A stretch of 63,925 bases of DNA, the filler included, from Sluysia triapertura (Eukaryota), in NCBI GenBank assembly GCA_046118255.1. It is 5 parts of 5 records of this genome, joined end to end, with 100 filler letters (N's around TTAATTAATTAA, not from the genome) between each part and the next. Parts side by side here need not be neighbours in the genome. Positions count along the whole stretch, not along the records: positions 12,004 to 27,173 come from JBJNIA010236223.1; positions 27,274 to 41,121 come from JBJNIA010016970.1; 3 more parts are not named here. One strand, written 5' to 3'. The translations under genes and the position numbers were made by a program. Each line of letters starts with the position of its first letter. Within the stretch, counting starts at the first letter, position 1. Under the pieces are notes generated by a model. The model had not been told where the DNA came from. It worked only from the letters and a program-made list of their open reading frames with translations, and ran no database searches. Shown here piece by piece: positions 26,011-38,667 of the stretch.

Positions 26011-27117
26011 TCAGTTCATTTATATTAATTATTATTTTGTTTAATTTTTTATTTTATTTTGAATTACCGTTAGGTGACAGTAGTTTTGAATGTTGGAAGA
26101 GAAATAGCAATATTTTACATCAATTGATTGAAATTATTTACTTTTATTGTCTTATTATTTTAATTACGGTATGTGGAATATAACTGAATTCATATGTTTT
26201 GATTTTTAAATTTTTAAAATTTTAGTGAGTGAATTTTTTTTGATAAAGTTTTTTTTGATAATTTGCACTAGATTGTTAACAATTATTAAATTAATTAAGA
26301 TTTTAAGTTAAGTTAATTTTATTAAGTTATAAATCAAATTATAAAATAATAATAAATAGTAGAAATAATAATAATAATATAATAAAATACTAATAATAAT
26401 ATTGGTAAAATGAAAAATTTTTCTCTTCTCAAATAATAATAATAGTATCACTCACAACGACAACAGCTACTACAAGAAGAGATTTATTGTGAGGAACATT
26501 GTAAAATCAGATATATTTAAATTAAATTTATTTATTTATTTAAATTTATTCACATATTTGCAATTTGCTTATTGGCAAAAGACTGTACTTGTGAAATTTG
26601 CTAACTCCGTGATTTGGAATTTATAAGTAAAAATTTTACAACTGTGAATTTCGATATCCAGTTATTCGGTACACTTCACAAATCCAGCGAAATTATCTTT
26701 ATCCTAAAATAATAAGTCGTAAGTTCATAATTGTTTAAGGTTTTCCCTTTTACATAAGGTTCAATATCTACTAAAAATCCTAAATATTTTATAAAATAAA
26801 TTATAAAATTATAAATGTTTTGATAATCTATAGTATTAGACTTAAAATTTTAATTAAAATAAATTTAGTTAAGGTTCAAAGCCTTAATTTTAACTGTATA
26901 TTATCATTATTATATATGCACATAACGACTTCTGCAATTTACGTTTTAGCATATTTTGTGTATTATATATTTTTGGTATTTACTTTTTATTTATTAAATT
27001 AACTTTGCGTTGAGATAACGGAATAATAAGTTTATTTTGGAATATTTGATATTTTTTGTAACATTAAACGACTCTCCAGTTAGCGTATAAAAATATGTTA
27101 AAAGGTAAGAGAATTTA

Positions 27118-27121
<4 letters not shown>

Positions 27122-27166
<45 letters not shown>
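27122..27166. repeat. (TA)n microsatellite at contig end
   Basis: Direct reading. Confidence 0.97.
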
Positions 27167-27170
<4 letters not shown>

Positions 27171-27173
27171 CAT

Positions 27174-27273
27174 NNNNNNNNNNNNNNNNNNNNNNNNNNN
27201 NNNNNNNNNNNNNNNNNTTAATTAATTAANNNNNNNNNNNNNNNNNNNNNNNNNNNNNNNNNNNNNNNNNNNN
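27174..27273. other. Artificial assembly spacer
   Basis: N44-TTAATTAATTAA-N44. Confidence 0.98.
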
Positions 27274-27497
27274 CAGTGATAACAAGCTAGATGATAGGTT
27301 GTATACTGTTTATGTCTCAAAAATATACAACCAGTTACCAGAGAATGTCAGATTGCTGGAAGATTATGAAATATTTAAAAAAAGGCAAAGTTCTTTCTGT
27401 TTCAGAAATATTATGGTGAATGATTTACCTTAAGCGCTTTTGGGTACTTTCGCAGAAGATATGAGCGCAATATAAATTAATATATTATTATTATTAT
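27274..27497 (+). mobile_element. 3' end of L2/Crack-type LINE
   Basis: LDDRLYTVYVSKIYNQLPENVRLLEDYEIFKKR resembles the L2/CR1 ORF2 C-terminus (WNxLP..IR....FK). It is followed by an aagcgctttt...gagcgcaatataaat stem-loop tail and (ATT)n. Confidence 0.75.
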
Positions 27498-27519
27498 ATT
27501 TGGGAAAATTTTTTAGATA

Positions 27520-28480
27520 TAATATTCTATGTGAGTAATTTAAAGTAAAGTAATAGAATAAAGAGATAATTTTAACGTGAGTTCACCAACGTACTGGGCT
27601 TACCAGTTAGGGCCAGTCGTTGGATTTGTGAATAAAAGGATTCTTAAGTAAGATTAAAAGAAATCCCCCAAGGACTTTTCTAGTGATGCTAATTTATATC
27701 TTTAAATAGCGAATTAAAAAAGTGTCTGGAGGTAAGTTTTGATACTAAGAAATTTTGAGATTTTATCAAAGATTGATAATGTTATTTGAGTTATTTTACG
27801 TAATTGAATTTAAATTCCAATTGTTGAAAACACTTTCTTCTACTGATTTTATAAATTGAACAATAAAACTCGCTTTTAATAATTTATTATGAAACAATTA
27901 TGAAGTAATAATAAAACGTATAATACAATAATATCAATTTACGTATTTTAACTCAATAAGGGCTAAAATTTAAAAATCAAATAAGTTAGTAAATGATTTT
28001 CCGTAGGATCTATTATAAGATCCAAATATTTAATAAAAGATTTTACGTGTGATTTTAATACCGTAACTTATAATAATTAAACTAAGATAACTAAACTAAG
28101 GAAAAGAGTTTATTTGGAGTTAAACAGTGAACTGGTTCTAAAACCGTAGACCATGAATAACAAAATTATGTTAAAAAATTGTGAATTGTTTTACAAAATG
28201 CAAGTCTATTTAAAATTGTTTTTAATCTGACCTTCATTAAAGTTTAATTTATTAAAACAAAACATTAAAATTTTATTTATTATGTTAGTTTAATTAATTA
28301 ATATAATATATAATTTCTTACTTTAATAATAGTCTTCAAATATTTCCAAAAAAATAAAATTCAAATATAAATAGTATAAATGTTCCAATTCAAATATTCA
28401 AAAATAAAATTTAATCATACAATAATACCTATTATTTATTAATAATAATTACAAAGTTCATAATAATTACGCACAATCAC
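27520..28480 (+). repeat. Dispersed repeat family D, copy 2
   Basis: Core cgtgagttcaccaacgtactgggcttaccagttagggccagtcgttgg; 3' part resembles 10540-10745. Confidence 0.8.
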
Positions 28481-29142
28481 ATTGTAGTGTTCAGTCCATT
28501 CATAAATCGTTAATACACACAACACAAACATCCATTACATTTTACACCAACATAATATAACTTAAATAAAATATAATATCTCTTTCAGTAACTTAAATAA
28601 TATATATAATATACATTAATCTAAATAAATTATAATATACTAAAATTACAATAATTTATTATTAATATTACTTTTATTTCGCTGTGATCACCTTTTCCTA
28701 CTTCATCAACATTGTCTAAATGTTCACATCCTTTCTTTTTGTTATTATTATTATTGTAAAAAAAGTATTCGATTTAGACCTTTTTAATCTTATTGAAAAT
28801 GGGTTTTGATTAATTCTTTTTTGATTTGTTCATAAGCTCAAATGAAAATAACTGATTGGTTATTTCAATAATTAGTATTTTATTTTTGATGTTATAAGTG
28901 TTTAATTTTAAACCAAAATAACTTATTAATCAATGTGTATATCCAGTGAAATCCTTTCTATTCTTGTTTCGTTATCATCAAAAAATTAAATAAAATAGCT
29001 ACTGAATCTGTTCATTATTGACTAACAATTGAAAATGTTTATTTTAGTTCAGTAAAGTGTATTGTAATTTGTTTCAATATTCATCAACGATATTAGTATG
29101 GTATATTATTATTATGTATTCAATATTTTGATTGGTCGAAAC

Positions 29143-29369
29143 CAATGGTTCTTAACTTGGGAAATGAGACGACTAGCTACTACACTGTCTACTTCTGACC
29201 CAGCGTATCAAACATAACAGCAAATTTTGTAAAATAAACTAAAGAGATGCACCAATATTATTATTATCATTCAGGAACTAAATCTTATAAGTTATTTATG
29301 TAATCACTAAGTAAATAAATATAAATTTTTCAAAGGCATGTCCATTACTAAAGAGATTAAGAACCACTG
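29143..29369. mobile_element. hAT (Charlie/Buster-type) MITE, 227 bp
   Basis: TIRs caatggttcttaac / attaagaaccactg; 8-bp TSD gtcgaaac / gtcttaac (6/8). Confidence 0.8.
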
Positions 29370-30481
29370 GTCTTAACTACTATAACCTTCGTTTTTCAAA
29401 ATCACAACTTTTTTTCTGTAGGACAATTGATTCTATAAAAGACGCAATGATTTTTTTAGATCTAATTAATATTAAAAATTGTCTAAATATTTTATTATTA
29501 TTATTATTATTACAAAACGTTTTAAATCAATGTGGTATATAAGTGTATCATATTCTACGATAAATGCGTTCATATTCTATAATTATGTACTTTTAACCAT
29601 ATTATTTGTGTAACTAGTGCCGATTGTTTTATCTGTTTTTAACATAAACAAGCTTATCTCAAGTATGGTAGTATTTTTCATTTCGAGTATGTTCTTTTAT
29701 GTATTTATAATAAATTTAGTCGTGTGTTTGTCAGTTAATGTAAATAATTTTATGCATTTTTACGAATATTGTATGAATTATTTTGATTTTAGTGTCAGGC
29801 ACGGTTTTTATTTTAAAATCAGATTCTGAAATTTTTATTAAATAATATTTTTATTGTTTAATATTTTCTCTAAATTAATTTCACGATTAAAAGTGTTTAA
29901 CATTTTCATATTTCCAATTGTGTTTTGTGTTATAATTTTGACCAGACTTAATTAATCCTAAAAATAATATCTAATAACATGATCGTATAATTTATATAAT
30001 CGCAATATCTGACCTTGCTTTTATATTTCAATGATTGAATATTTGAAATAGTGTCTTTCAAAATTAAGTATTTATCAAATTTCACAATGTAGAATAATTA
30101 TACACTATCAAGTTATTTTTGTATATGTAATAGAAATACTACTGTTCACAATTAACTGCATGTATGAATTGAATGGATTATTTTGATAATAGAATTTATT
30201 GGTTTAATTTTGAGACAAATTTTAATAGATTATTTTTATTTTTATTATTATTACTATTAATTTTTAGTATTATTATTAATTTTTATTATTATTATTATTA
30301 ATTTTTATTAATACGATTATTATTATCATTATTTTTATTATTATTGTTTTAATTGACAATAATCTATATTACGGTTCGACCTTGTTACCAAAAATACTTT
30401 TATGGGTAAATTCAAAATTTTTTAAATCTTAGTACAAAGAATTTTTAAATCACTTTTCACCAAATAGAATCGAGAAACATA

Positions 30482-31867
30482 ATGGAGATGAACTATGAAG
30501 AAGATGTTGGTTCCTTTATGCTAGCTACTTGTGAGAGACGTCTGCAGGATGATGCATTGCGGTGTCATGCAGTTGCGGTTGGTGCTGAACTTTATGTGTC
30601 ATCGTATTATAACAATCATTCCACAGTGTACATTATGTTATTAAATTATGAATATGTAATTAACGATGCGAAGAAAAGCGTTGAATTAGAACCAGAAAAT
30701 GTAAAATATATGAATAGATCAGTAAAGCGTGAATTACTGCATGGTAATGGGAATATGACAGATAATTTGTATATTGAAGTTTTATTATTTTATGCCAAAA
30801 GTATTGAAACTACTCGTGTCATTTCAATCACTAGAGCTTTCAAAGAATGCATTTTAAATTTAGATACTGCCTTTCCTTACGAGAATAGAAGTTCAATTGA
30901 CTTAATTCATGAAATTTTTGTTAGTACTGATCAGCCAATGTTTTGTATCACCTGTAAAGATAAAGAGTTAAACAAAGTGCACTTTAAATCATATATGTTA
31001 AATTATGTATTTGATAAACATAGCGACGTGAATGTTGCGACTTTCAAATTAATTTACTTTGGGCTATGTTTTTCTAAAGATGAGACACAAACGGCTAGGT
31101 GTTCATTAGAATTGTCTTTTTTAAATAATATTGTAGAAGATACAACTTACAGTAATATTTTTTTATTAAGAGTATTCTTGGTTGAAAGAGTTTTAAGCAA
31201 TGATGAGTTTTATAGTTTTGATTTTTATAAAGATTTGATCAATTTTGATTTTTGTAATTTTAATTTTGATTTTTGTAAGTTTAATTTTGAATTTGTAAAT
31301 GATTTTAATCATAAGAATGTTTTGAAAGTTAAAGTGATTCTAGGTGGAATGAACAATACCTTAAGTAGTTTAAATAATCTGTGGCATGATATAAATTATT
31401 TGGCTGATAAAATTATTTTTCAAGATTTATTTGGGAATGTCGTCTATAGTAAGATTGTTTGCCAGTTGGAGTTTTCTCGAGATGTCGTGATGCACAATGC
31501 ACTATCACGCGGATTCTTGATACAAAATCGAAATATTCTTCCAGACTATGACTGGATTTTTGAGGTAATTTGTACAGTTGATCATGTGGCTATTTTCAAT
31601 TCGAACTACCGACTCCTCAACATTCTTAGTGATTCTAACAGAACGTATGGACCTTTTGGAACTAAAATTTTACATTTTTTTAGATTTTCGTATAATTTTA
31701 TCTTGGATATTAATTTTTCACATAAATATAGTAACGTTGCCTTTTATTTTTATTTGATAACTTTTAATAACCAAGGATTATTAAATTTTAATTATTTGAA
31801 AATAACAAACATTTATCATAAGTTAAATTTCAATTTTTACATTAAAGCCCGGCCATACTTACATTAA
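30482..31867 (+). CDS. DNAJC7: Intronless, highly diverged DNAJC7 (TPR2)-derived protein, 461 aa; TPR repeats plus degenerate J domain without HPD
   Basis: [50 protein letters not shown] aligns by eye with DNAJC7 [62 protein letters not shown] resembles [21 protein letters not shown]...[12 protein letters not shown] resembles KDYYKILGV...YRKRALMHHPDR. Longest open frame in the window; AATAAA directly after the stop. Confidence 0.7.
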   Translation: [461 protein letters not shown]

Positions 31868-31927
31868 TAATAAATCAATTTTAAATAAATAATATTCATT
31901 ATAAAATTTTTATTAGTGACATCATTT

Positions 31928-31957
31928 AAATAGTACCACTAATAGGTGGTACTATTT
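31928..31957. other. Perfect 12-bp-stem hairpin 60 bp downstream of the DNAJC7-like stop
   Basis: aaatagtaccac-taatag-gtggtactattt. Confidence 0.8.
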
Positions 31958-32789
31958 GATGTTCTCCACAAATTATTTAATTAGATAACCAAAACATACA
32001 AACACATTAATACTATAATAAAGAAAAGTCAATAATTACTTAATATGTTCTGTATTAGCCTGCGTACTGAAAAAATAAGTAAAATTCTTTAATACTGGTG
32101 ATTTGATTGAAGAGCTTATAACAAGTTTTTGTCTGATGTTCGAATGTTTCACGAGAGTATCAAACGAGTGTGGACACAGACATACTGAAATACAACATTT
32201 AATCATTTTATCACTTTATATTACGTTCGGATGTAATATTAATAAATATAATTAGTTAATATATTTGAGAGTTGTCAACAGAACACAATAATTAAATTTA
32301 AAACTATGAATTTGTTATATAAAATAATTTTTAAATATATTATAAAACATTTCAATAATCTTAAAATAAAATTATAAAATTTAAGCTAAAAATATTACTT
32401 ATAACCTCAAAAGACATCATAAAATGTCTAAAATTAAAATATAAGATAGAAAATAAAAACAAGATAACGAACACAGTTCTGTACATACCACGGTTAATTA
32501 GTAAGTCAAAAAGATTAAGGACCAAATTTGAGCTTCGGAAGTACGAAAAAGCTATGATTTTATGAACAAATGAACACAAACACAACTCAATAAATTACTC
32601 GAAAATGAATGGTTATGAAAATATGTGAATTATACGACGAAATATATGGACGAAATTGGCCATACCACAAGAGTACGTAGAAAGAAATGCGCAAAGAATA
32701 TCTTCAAAAATGAAATTTGTAGAAAAAGGAAAAATGTGTAAAGGAAAACTTACAAATATAAATTGTAATATGCACTCATTTAAGCGACA

Positions 32790-33699
32790 GGTTGTTCACG
32801 CGGACGAGAGTCAATGAATTCCTGGAAGGCCAAATTGACACCATTGTCGCAATTAAATTGTTTTCTTATTAAACAATTGTTCAAATTACGGAATAAGTGG
32901 TAGTCAATGAGTATATAGGATGACAAAGAAATTTCAACTCCAATTCCTGTAGTCTTGATACAGTAGTTTGTGTAATCCGTGGTCTAACGTTGTCAATTGA
33001 CAATTATAGGTTGTTTTTTAAGTTTGTGCATCATTTTGTTCAGTTGGTTGCTGTGATTAATGAACCATGTTTCATGAAATAATACTGGATTATACCTGCT
33101 CTTTGAAGTGTGCCTTAGTGATTCAACCGTGTTCAACCATTTGCAATTGTTATATTGGACCCATTTCACACTAGAAGTGACAATTCAATTCAAGAATGGA
33201 TCAGATTTATAACGAGAAAGCAACATCAAAGAAGCTTCCTAACCTTGTTTTTTGTTTTTCATTCAGTTCAGGTGGAACCCACTTATTTACCGATTTTAAC
33301 TAAATGAGATAATATTGTTTGTTTGCTGACCCTAAACGACAACGATAATTCATAAATACTCTGAAATGGATCAGACTCAACGGTGACCTTTGATTTGATA
33401 TTGTCTTTCGCATAGTAACATCAGAGCCAAATACACTATTAATGATTCGCGCAACATGCGGTGCCTTGGTTCCAAGTAAGAACTTCATAATAATACGAAT
33501 TTCCGACCGTTCCATTTTCAACAAAATTAATTTCTAAGTTTTTAATATTTTTAGAGCTTACAATAATTTCTTTAAACCAGCGTAATATGTACCTTTGCAG
33601 CAAAGGAAGCAGAACGATAAGATGTTAGGCCAATGTCAAATAATAAGCTGTTAAAATTAGCAATATTATTAACTACAATTTCACCCTTGCCAACCTAAA
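32790..33699 (-). mobile_element. Decayed, internally deleted mariner transposon
   Basis: MERSEIRIIMKF...ARIINSVFGSD (HTH), KWVPPELNEKQK (WVPHEL), FLN*IVT..KWVQYNN, DNVRP, HPIYS, DYHLFRNL; mariner-like TIR TTAGGTTGGCAAG at ~33698. Confidence 0.92.
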
Positions 33700-34719
33700 A
33701 GAACAAGCTATAATAAACTAACTACAGAACAGTTAATAATAATGTAACTGAAGAATTAATATGTACCGATAACAAAATTTAACATAAATTTAATAATTAT
33801 CATAATAAAAATATCAATGCTTTTACATAATATCTGTTTTATAACATATTTTATTACAATATAAATAGACCTTAATATTTTAATTCTTTTTACTTCTTCA
33901 AGGATTGCTGGATTAAGACGTAATTTTACTGAAGATTGGATAAGGAGTTACAATCTCAAATTCTAATTACTTATTTATGGCAGTGATTTTCGAGTTTTTT
34001 CCTGTTTTTCAATCCATGACATGTTAGGATGATTTTAACTCTAGGAGTTAATTTCGTAAAATACACCTAAGATCTATTTTAAATGAATTTTGATCCCCAT
34101 TTTACTGAGGGTTAAAATCATTTGTAAAATTTAGTATATTGATTAAAAAATTAAAGACCTTAATCAGGTTTTAATTGTAAAATATATTTTTATTGATCCT
34201 TTTTTATCTTCTGTATAAATCTGGCGACACCTTGTGTATTAATTTTATAGCAAATTTTTATAATAAATCTTCACGTTTTAATATTATAAATGTATCGTTT
34301 GTAGTGCATTGTAAATTATCGAGCCGATCTTAGCACAAAACCTTTATTTAGCAATTTTATAAGGTTAACGTCATAAGTAATACACTTTAGCCAGACCCTG
34401 CTCAAAAATATTTCTTGCTATAGGGTAAATATTAAAAGTATAGCACTTCATCTACCAAAAAAGTACTTATATATTGCATACCATGCGAGTCCATTGGACT
34501 CATAAAATAACAAAGTTAATTTTTTCATTAAATAGATTTATTTAATACATTTTATTTATTCAATGCACCATTACTAGAAAATAACTAGTGAAATTTAAAC
34601 GCGGATCCATTGCACTCGACTGGTTGCCGGAAAGTTAATTTATATTAAAATAGTTTAAATAATTTAAAATAATTTAAAATACAGTAAAAAAATAAAATAC
34701 TAATAATGTTCGAACTAAC

Positions 34720-34881
34720 CAACACTTCCAATTATTTGAGATTCATACTTTTTCATAATGGATAAATATGCTTCAAGTATTTCAGATTCATTGCATCGTA
34801 ATTCTTTAATAATGGGAATAATTTCAACATCATAATTCTTCGTAATTCTTTCATTAAATCTCTCAACAGCACGTAATGATG
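34720..34881 (-). CDS. Exon (phase 1-1) of GABA-B-like / ANF-receptor ligand-binding-domain protein
   Basis: tttag|CA TCA...GTT G|gttagt; open frame ASLRAVERFNERITKNYDVEIIPIIKELRCNESEILEAYLSIMKKYESQIIGSVG resembles the class C GPCR/rGC pattern A..AV..IN.....L..Y.L......D..C........IIG..GP. Confidence 0.7.
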
Positions 34882-35039
34882 CTAAATTATGCAATGTTTG
34901 AATAAAATATAAATTCTATTTCAATTTTTTTACATTTTCGAATCTACATTTATTTATATGCACATATTTCAGATTAAAAATATTAAGGGTCAGTTTTAAG
35001 GAAAACAAAAAAAATAAATAAAATGCATATTAAAAAATT

Positions 35040-36264
35040 ATGGAAAATGCCTAAGACATTACAATACAAATTAGAAAATTAAGATAGAAAATAGAATTTA
35101 TTCGAGAAATGAATTGTTACACGCAAATCGAAATCCTGTTTAATTGACATGACTTAGATGACGATGATAAAATTGTAAATTTTAGATATCCTATGAAGGA
35201 TATCAACTTCAGAACTATCCAATCTGTAGTCATGGGATAGAGCATTCGAAACTTCTAGTGAATCTATAACCTCACCGAAAGAAAGCTAGGATTCATTGGG
35301 ATTAGAATCAGAACATGATATTATTGCAATATATGAGTGCTATGACAAGAGACAAAAATTGTCATGGCACTATTAAATACTAAACTATTAATATTTTAAT
35401 GGCACAATTAATTAAAAACTATTAAATATTACTTTTGGATAAAAATGTTCACGTTATTACTCTGAATGAAGAATGAAGAAATTAGATATATGAATATAAC
35501 TATCAATAATGATTACTAATATTTACAATGGAATTCATTTCTAAAAAGATTATTTTAAGAAACACGTTCGAAGTTTACTGTGTTTACTGTACTTACCAAA
35601 TCACATAATGTACCAAGTTGCGTACCGACCTATGCTAATAGGCTTCACTTTAGATAACGTAGAAAACAAAACAATGTGATGAAGAAAAGTCAATTGCGTA
35701 ACCGACTTGTGAGCAATCATTAAGGCGGATTCACTAAAGAATATCTCAAATGGAAATTTATCGACTTATGATAATGCAAAATTCATGGATAAACTTTTCT
35801 AATACTTTTACTACTTACAATAGCACATGTCATGGGAACTGTATTTTATGTAATTACTCATGGCAAGGATTTCAGAGACCCTAAAACCAACAGAAACTTA
35901 TATTGATTTCTTTAACTCATGGTCACGAACAGATCTATAAATCTGAATATTTTCAGTTTTACAAACTGAATACAAAAGTGAAAGTTAAATTGCTATATAA
36001 GGATATTCGAGTTAAATTCACTTGTCTTCGACCGGCCAGATTTAATTTTAATATTTGGATTATTTCGGAATATCACATAATTTAATAAATCCATGTGCAA
36101 TATGCTCTGATTTTCTTTCTAAGGAAGAACGACAAATCATAGCTAGAATTCACTTTTCATATAAAAGGGTAGAACAACTACATTTCGCCTTAAGAAGTAG
36201 ACGAAATACCTTAACGATGTTTGAATTACTAAAAAACAATTTCGTAATAAAACATTCATTATAG
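35040..36264 (+). mobile_element. Possible decayed LTR-retrotransposon gag-protease relic
   Basis: Stop-riddled frames with TQIEILFN*HDLDDDDKI (gag N-terminal-like), CILCN...HGKD (broken zinc knuckle) and ETYIDF...LDYF (protease-like spacing). Confidence 0.35.
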
Positions 36265-37836
36265 CCGCAATAGCATTTATCGTCGCATTAATAATGCAAC
36301 TATCCATGTTTAATCTCTAATAATGACGACGACGACCATTATATGATTCTCATCACCAGCAACGCTGTCGATACTTCCTCCAACATATAAGTACGTGAAG
36401 AAAAATTATCCTTCGCTAACGTTTGATAGAATGCAATTAACTAATATACGCTCAACCTTAGTGGCTTGTATGTATTTCTCATGTACACGCGATTCCTACG
36501 AATGCCTATTTCGAAGAATTAATACCAAAAAATACTCAACCTAAAATTACCCTCGAAGCCATACAAAGTCATTTATGCTACTATACATAAAAGCAATAAT
36601 AAAATGATCAATGTCACCATGCAATTCCAAATTGGTGTCACAACGAGTTCCATATTTCTAAACATGTTTTCTATTGGATTATATTTTGCGAAGATCTTTT
36701 CGAGAATGAATTATTTCACGTCACCTTCACTGAGCACCTCTTTTTCTCTGAGCTTATGTATTTTCAACTATTATTAAAAATTTTATTTTGATTTGAGGAC
36801 AAATCTTTCTTTGAGGGTATTTCTAAGCATTGCATCCGTTCAAAATAAGAAATAAAGTTAAAAACTAAATTTGGATTAATTAAGTCTTAACAAATATTAA
36901 TTAATTATAACTGTATCAAAATAAATAACTATTTTAACGACATGAGAAAATTAACACGCTTTTATCAACTAGTCTAACAATTTAAGAAAATGTTATTACT
37001 AAAACCAAGTGTTTTTTATTAATTTATATACGAATAATCAAATGTTATGTAAATTTTATCAATTATTTTGTTATTTTCAAGCCAATAAATCATATGTTAA
37101 GATAAGTAGTATAAATAGAAATTTTAAATTGACAAAACCGCACGCAAACATATTTTAGTTTTTATAAATTTTTGCAACTTGGAGTTTAATTTAATCAGCG
37201 AATTTAGTCAAAGAATTTTAAATAATTATTTTGTAGTCAAAAAAATACATTGATTTTATTTTTCGATGATCAACAATCCATAAAGAGTTTTAAATTTGTC
37301 AAGATTTTGTAAAATGATAATCACATCTAGCTGTTTTGTGTTACTAATATTCCGTAAGCTTCTTTAAAATAATTTAAAATACTCCTTAAGCAAAATTTTT
37401 TTAATTTTGATCTGGCTTAATATAGATATAAAATCTAACTAAAATTAATATTGAAAAAACACTAAATGTTTAAGACCTACTGTTACAAGATATTATTATT
37501 ATTGTTATTGTTATTATTATTATTTTTAATATTTTTGTATAGCGTCTTATGCTGTGCGAATATAAATTTGGAATTTATTATTTTGTTCTTAAGATAGTTG
37601 TATAAAATAGGTTCAAGGCTCATAAGTATAATCTAAATAAATAATAGCCATCGAATTAGACCACGATATAATAAAAATTAAAAGCGATTAAGAAAGTAAT
37701 CAATAAGAATTTAGAATTATTACGAAACTTATAAATAGTCATATTTTAACTAAAAACCAGTTTAAATTTTTCCATATAACAAAATAAGATAATAAATTCT
37801 ATAAACAATACATTAAACAAAATTTATGACTTAATT

Positions 37837-38078
37837 CAGTGGTGGACTAAGGCTAAAGCGGGCCCTAGGCAACACTGCAATTCCGGACCTATTTTTCAGT
37901 CATGACACATACTTTGCGTTTGGTAGTTTGGTTTTAAAGCATATAATATGTAGTTCTATTTAATTATCGGATTCCAAGAAAAAAAGGAAAAATATAATAT
38001 ATTTATATTAAAAACCTAATTTTCGAGCTCCAAAAATTACGGGCCTTAGCCACGTGCCTAGGCCTTAGTCTGCCCCTG
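37837..38078. mobile_element. hAT MITE, 242 bp
   Basis: TIRs cagtggtggactaaggc / gccttagtctgcccctg; perfect 8-bp TSD acttaatt. Confidence 0.93.
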
Positions 38079-38578
38079 ACTTAATTAGTGATAGTTTATA
38101 GCGTTAATCCATACATGCGTAATTGCATACATAGCTTGATATAATTGATTTAAAACTCTCGTCTGCAAAATTTAGAATTCCTATAAATGCGTCTCTCCTG
38201 TGAGAATAAATTATATATTAGATGCGAACCCTTCATACTAATTTTGCAAGATTTAGGAAAGTATTCAAAAACAGCACGATGGATATAAATAAATATCAAT
38301 TAAAATTAAATATAGATGAAATTGGACATATTATCTCAAAAAAGAGAAAGACCATAGCAAAATTGATTGAAGGAATAAACTAACTTAGAAAAAATGTTAG
38401 AGTGGAACTGAGAAAATTATCAACCGCATAATAATATCAGAGTATATCAAGCTTTTATTTTTTACAATAGTTTCAAGAATAGTTCATAATTACAATTAAT
38501 ATTTACAAGACCTATCGATTATGACAAGCCTAGTTGATACTTAAAGGCTGATTTTAACAGTATTTACAAATTGATCCA

Positions 38579-38667
<89 letters not shown>
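38579..38667. repeat. (TAA)n microsatellite
   Basis: Direct reading. Confidence 0.97.

Noticed and set aside
29531-31970. TGTGG...CCACA as defined termini around the DNAJC7-like ORF
   Set aside because: Only a 5-bp match, and the flanks (tcaa/aatt) are not duplicated; kept only as a speculative remark.
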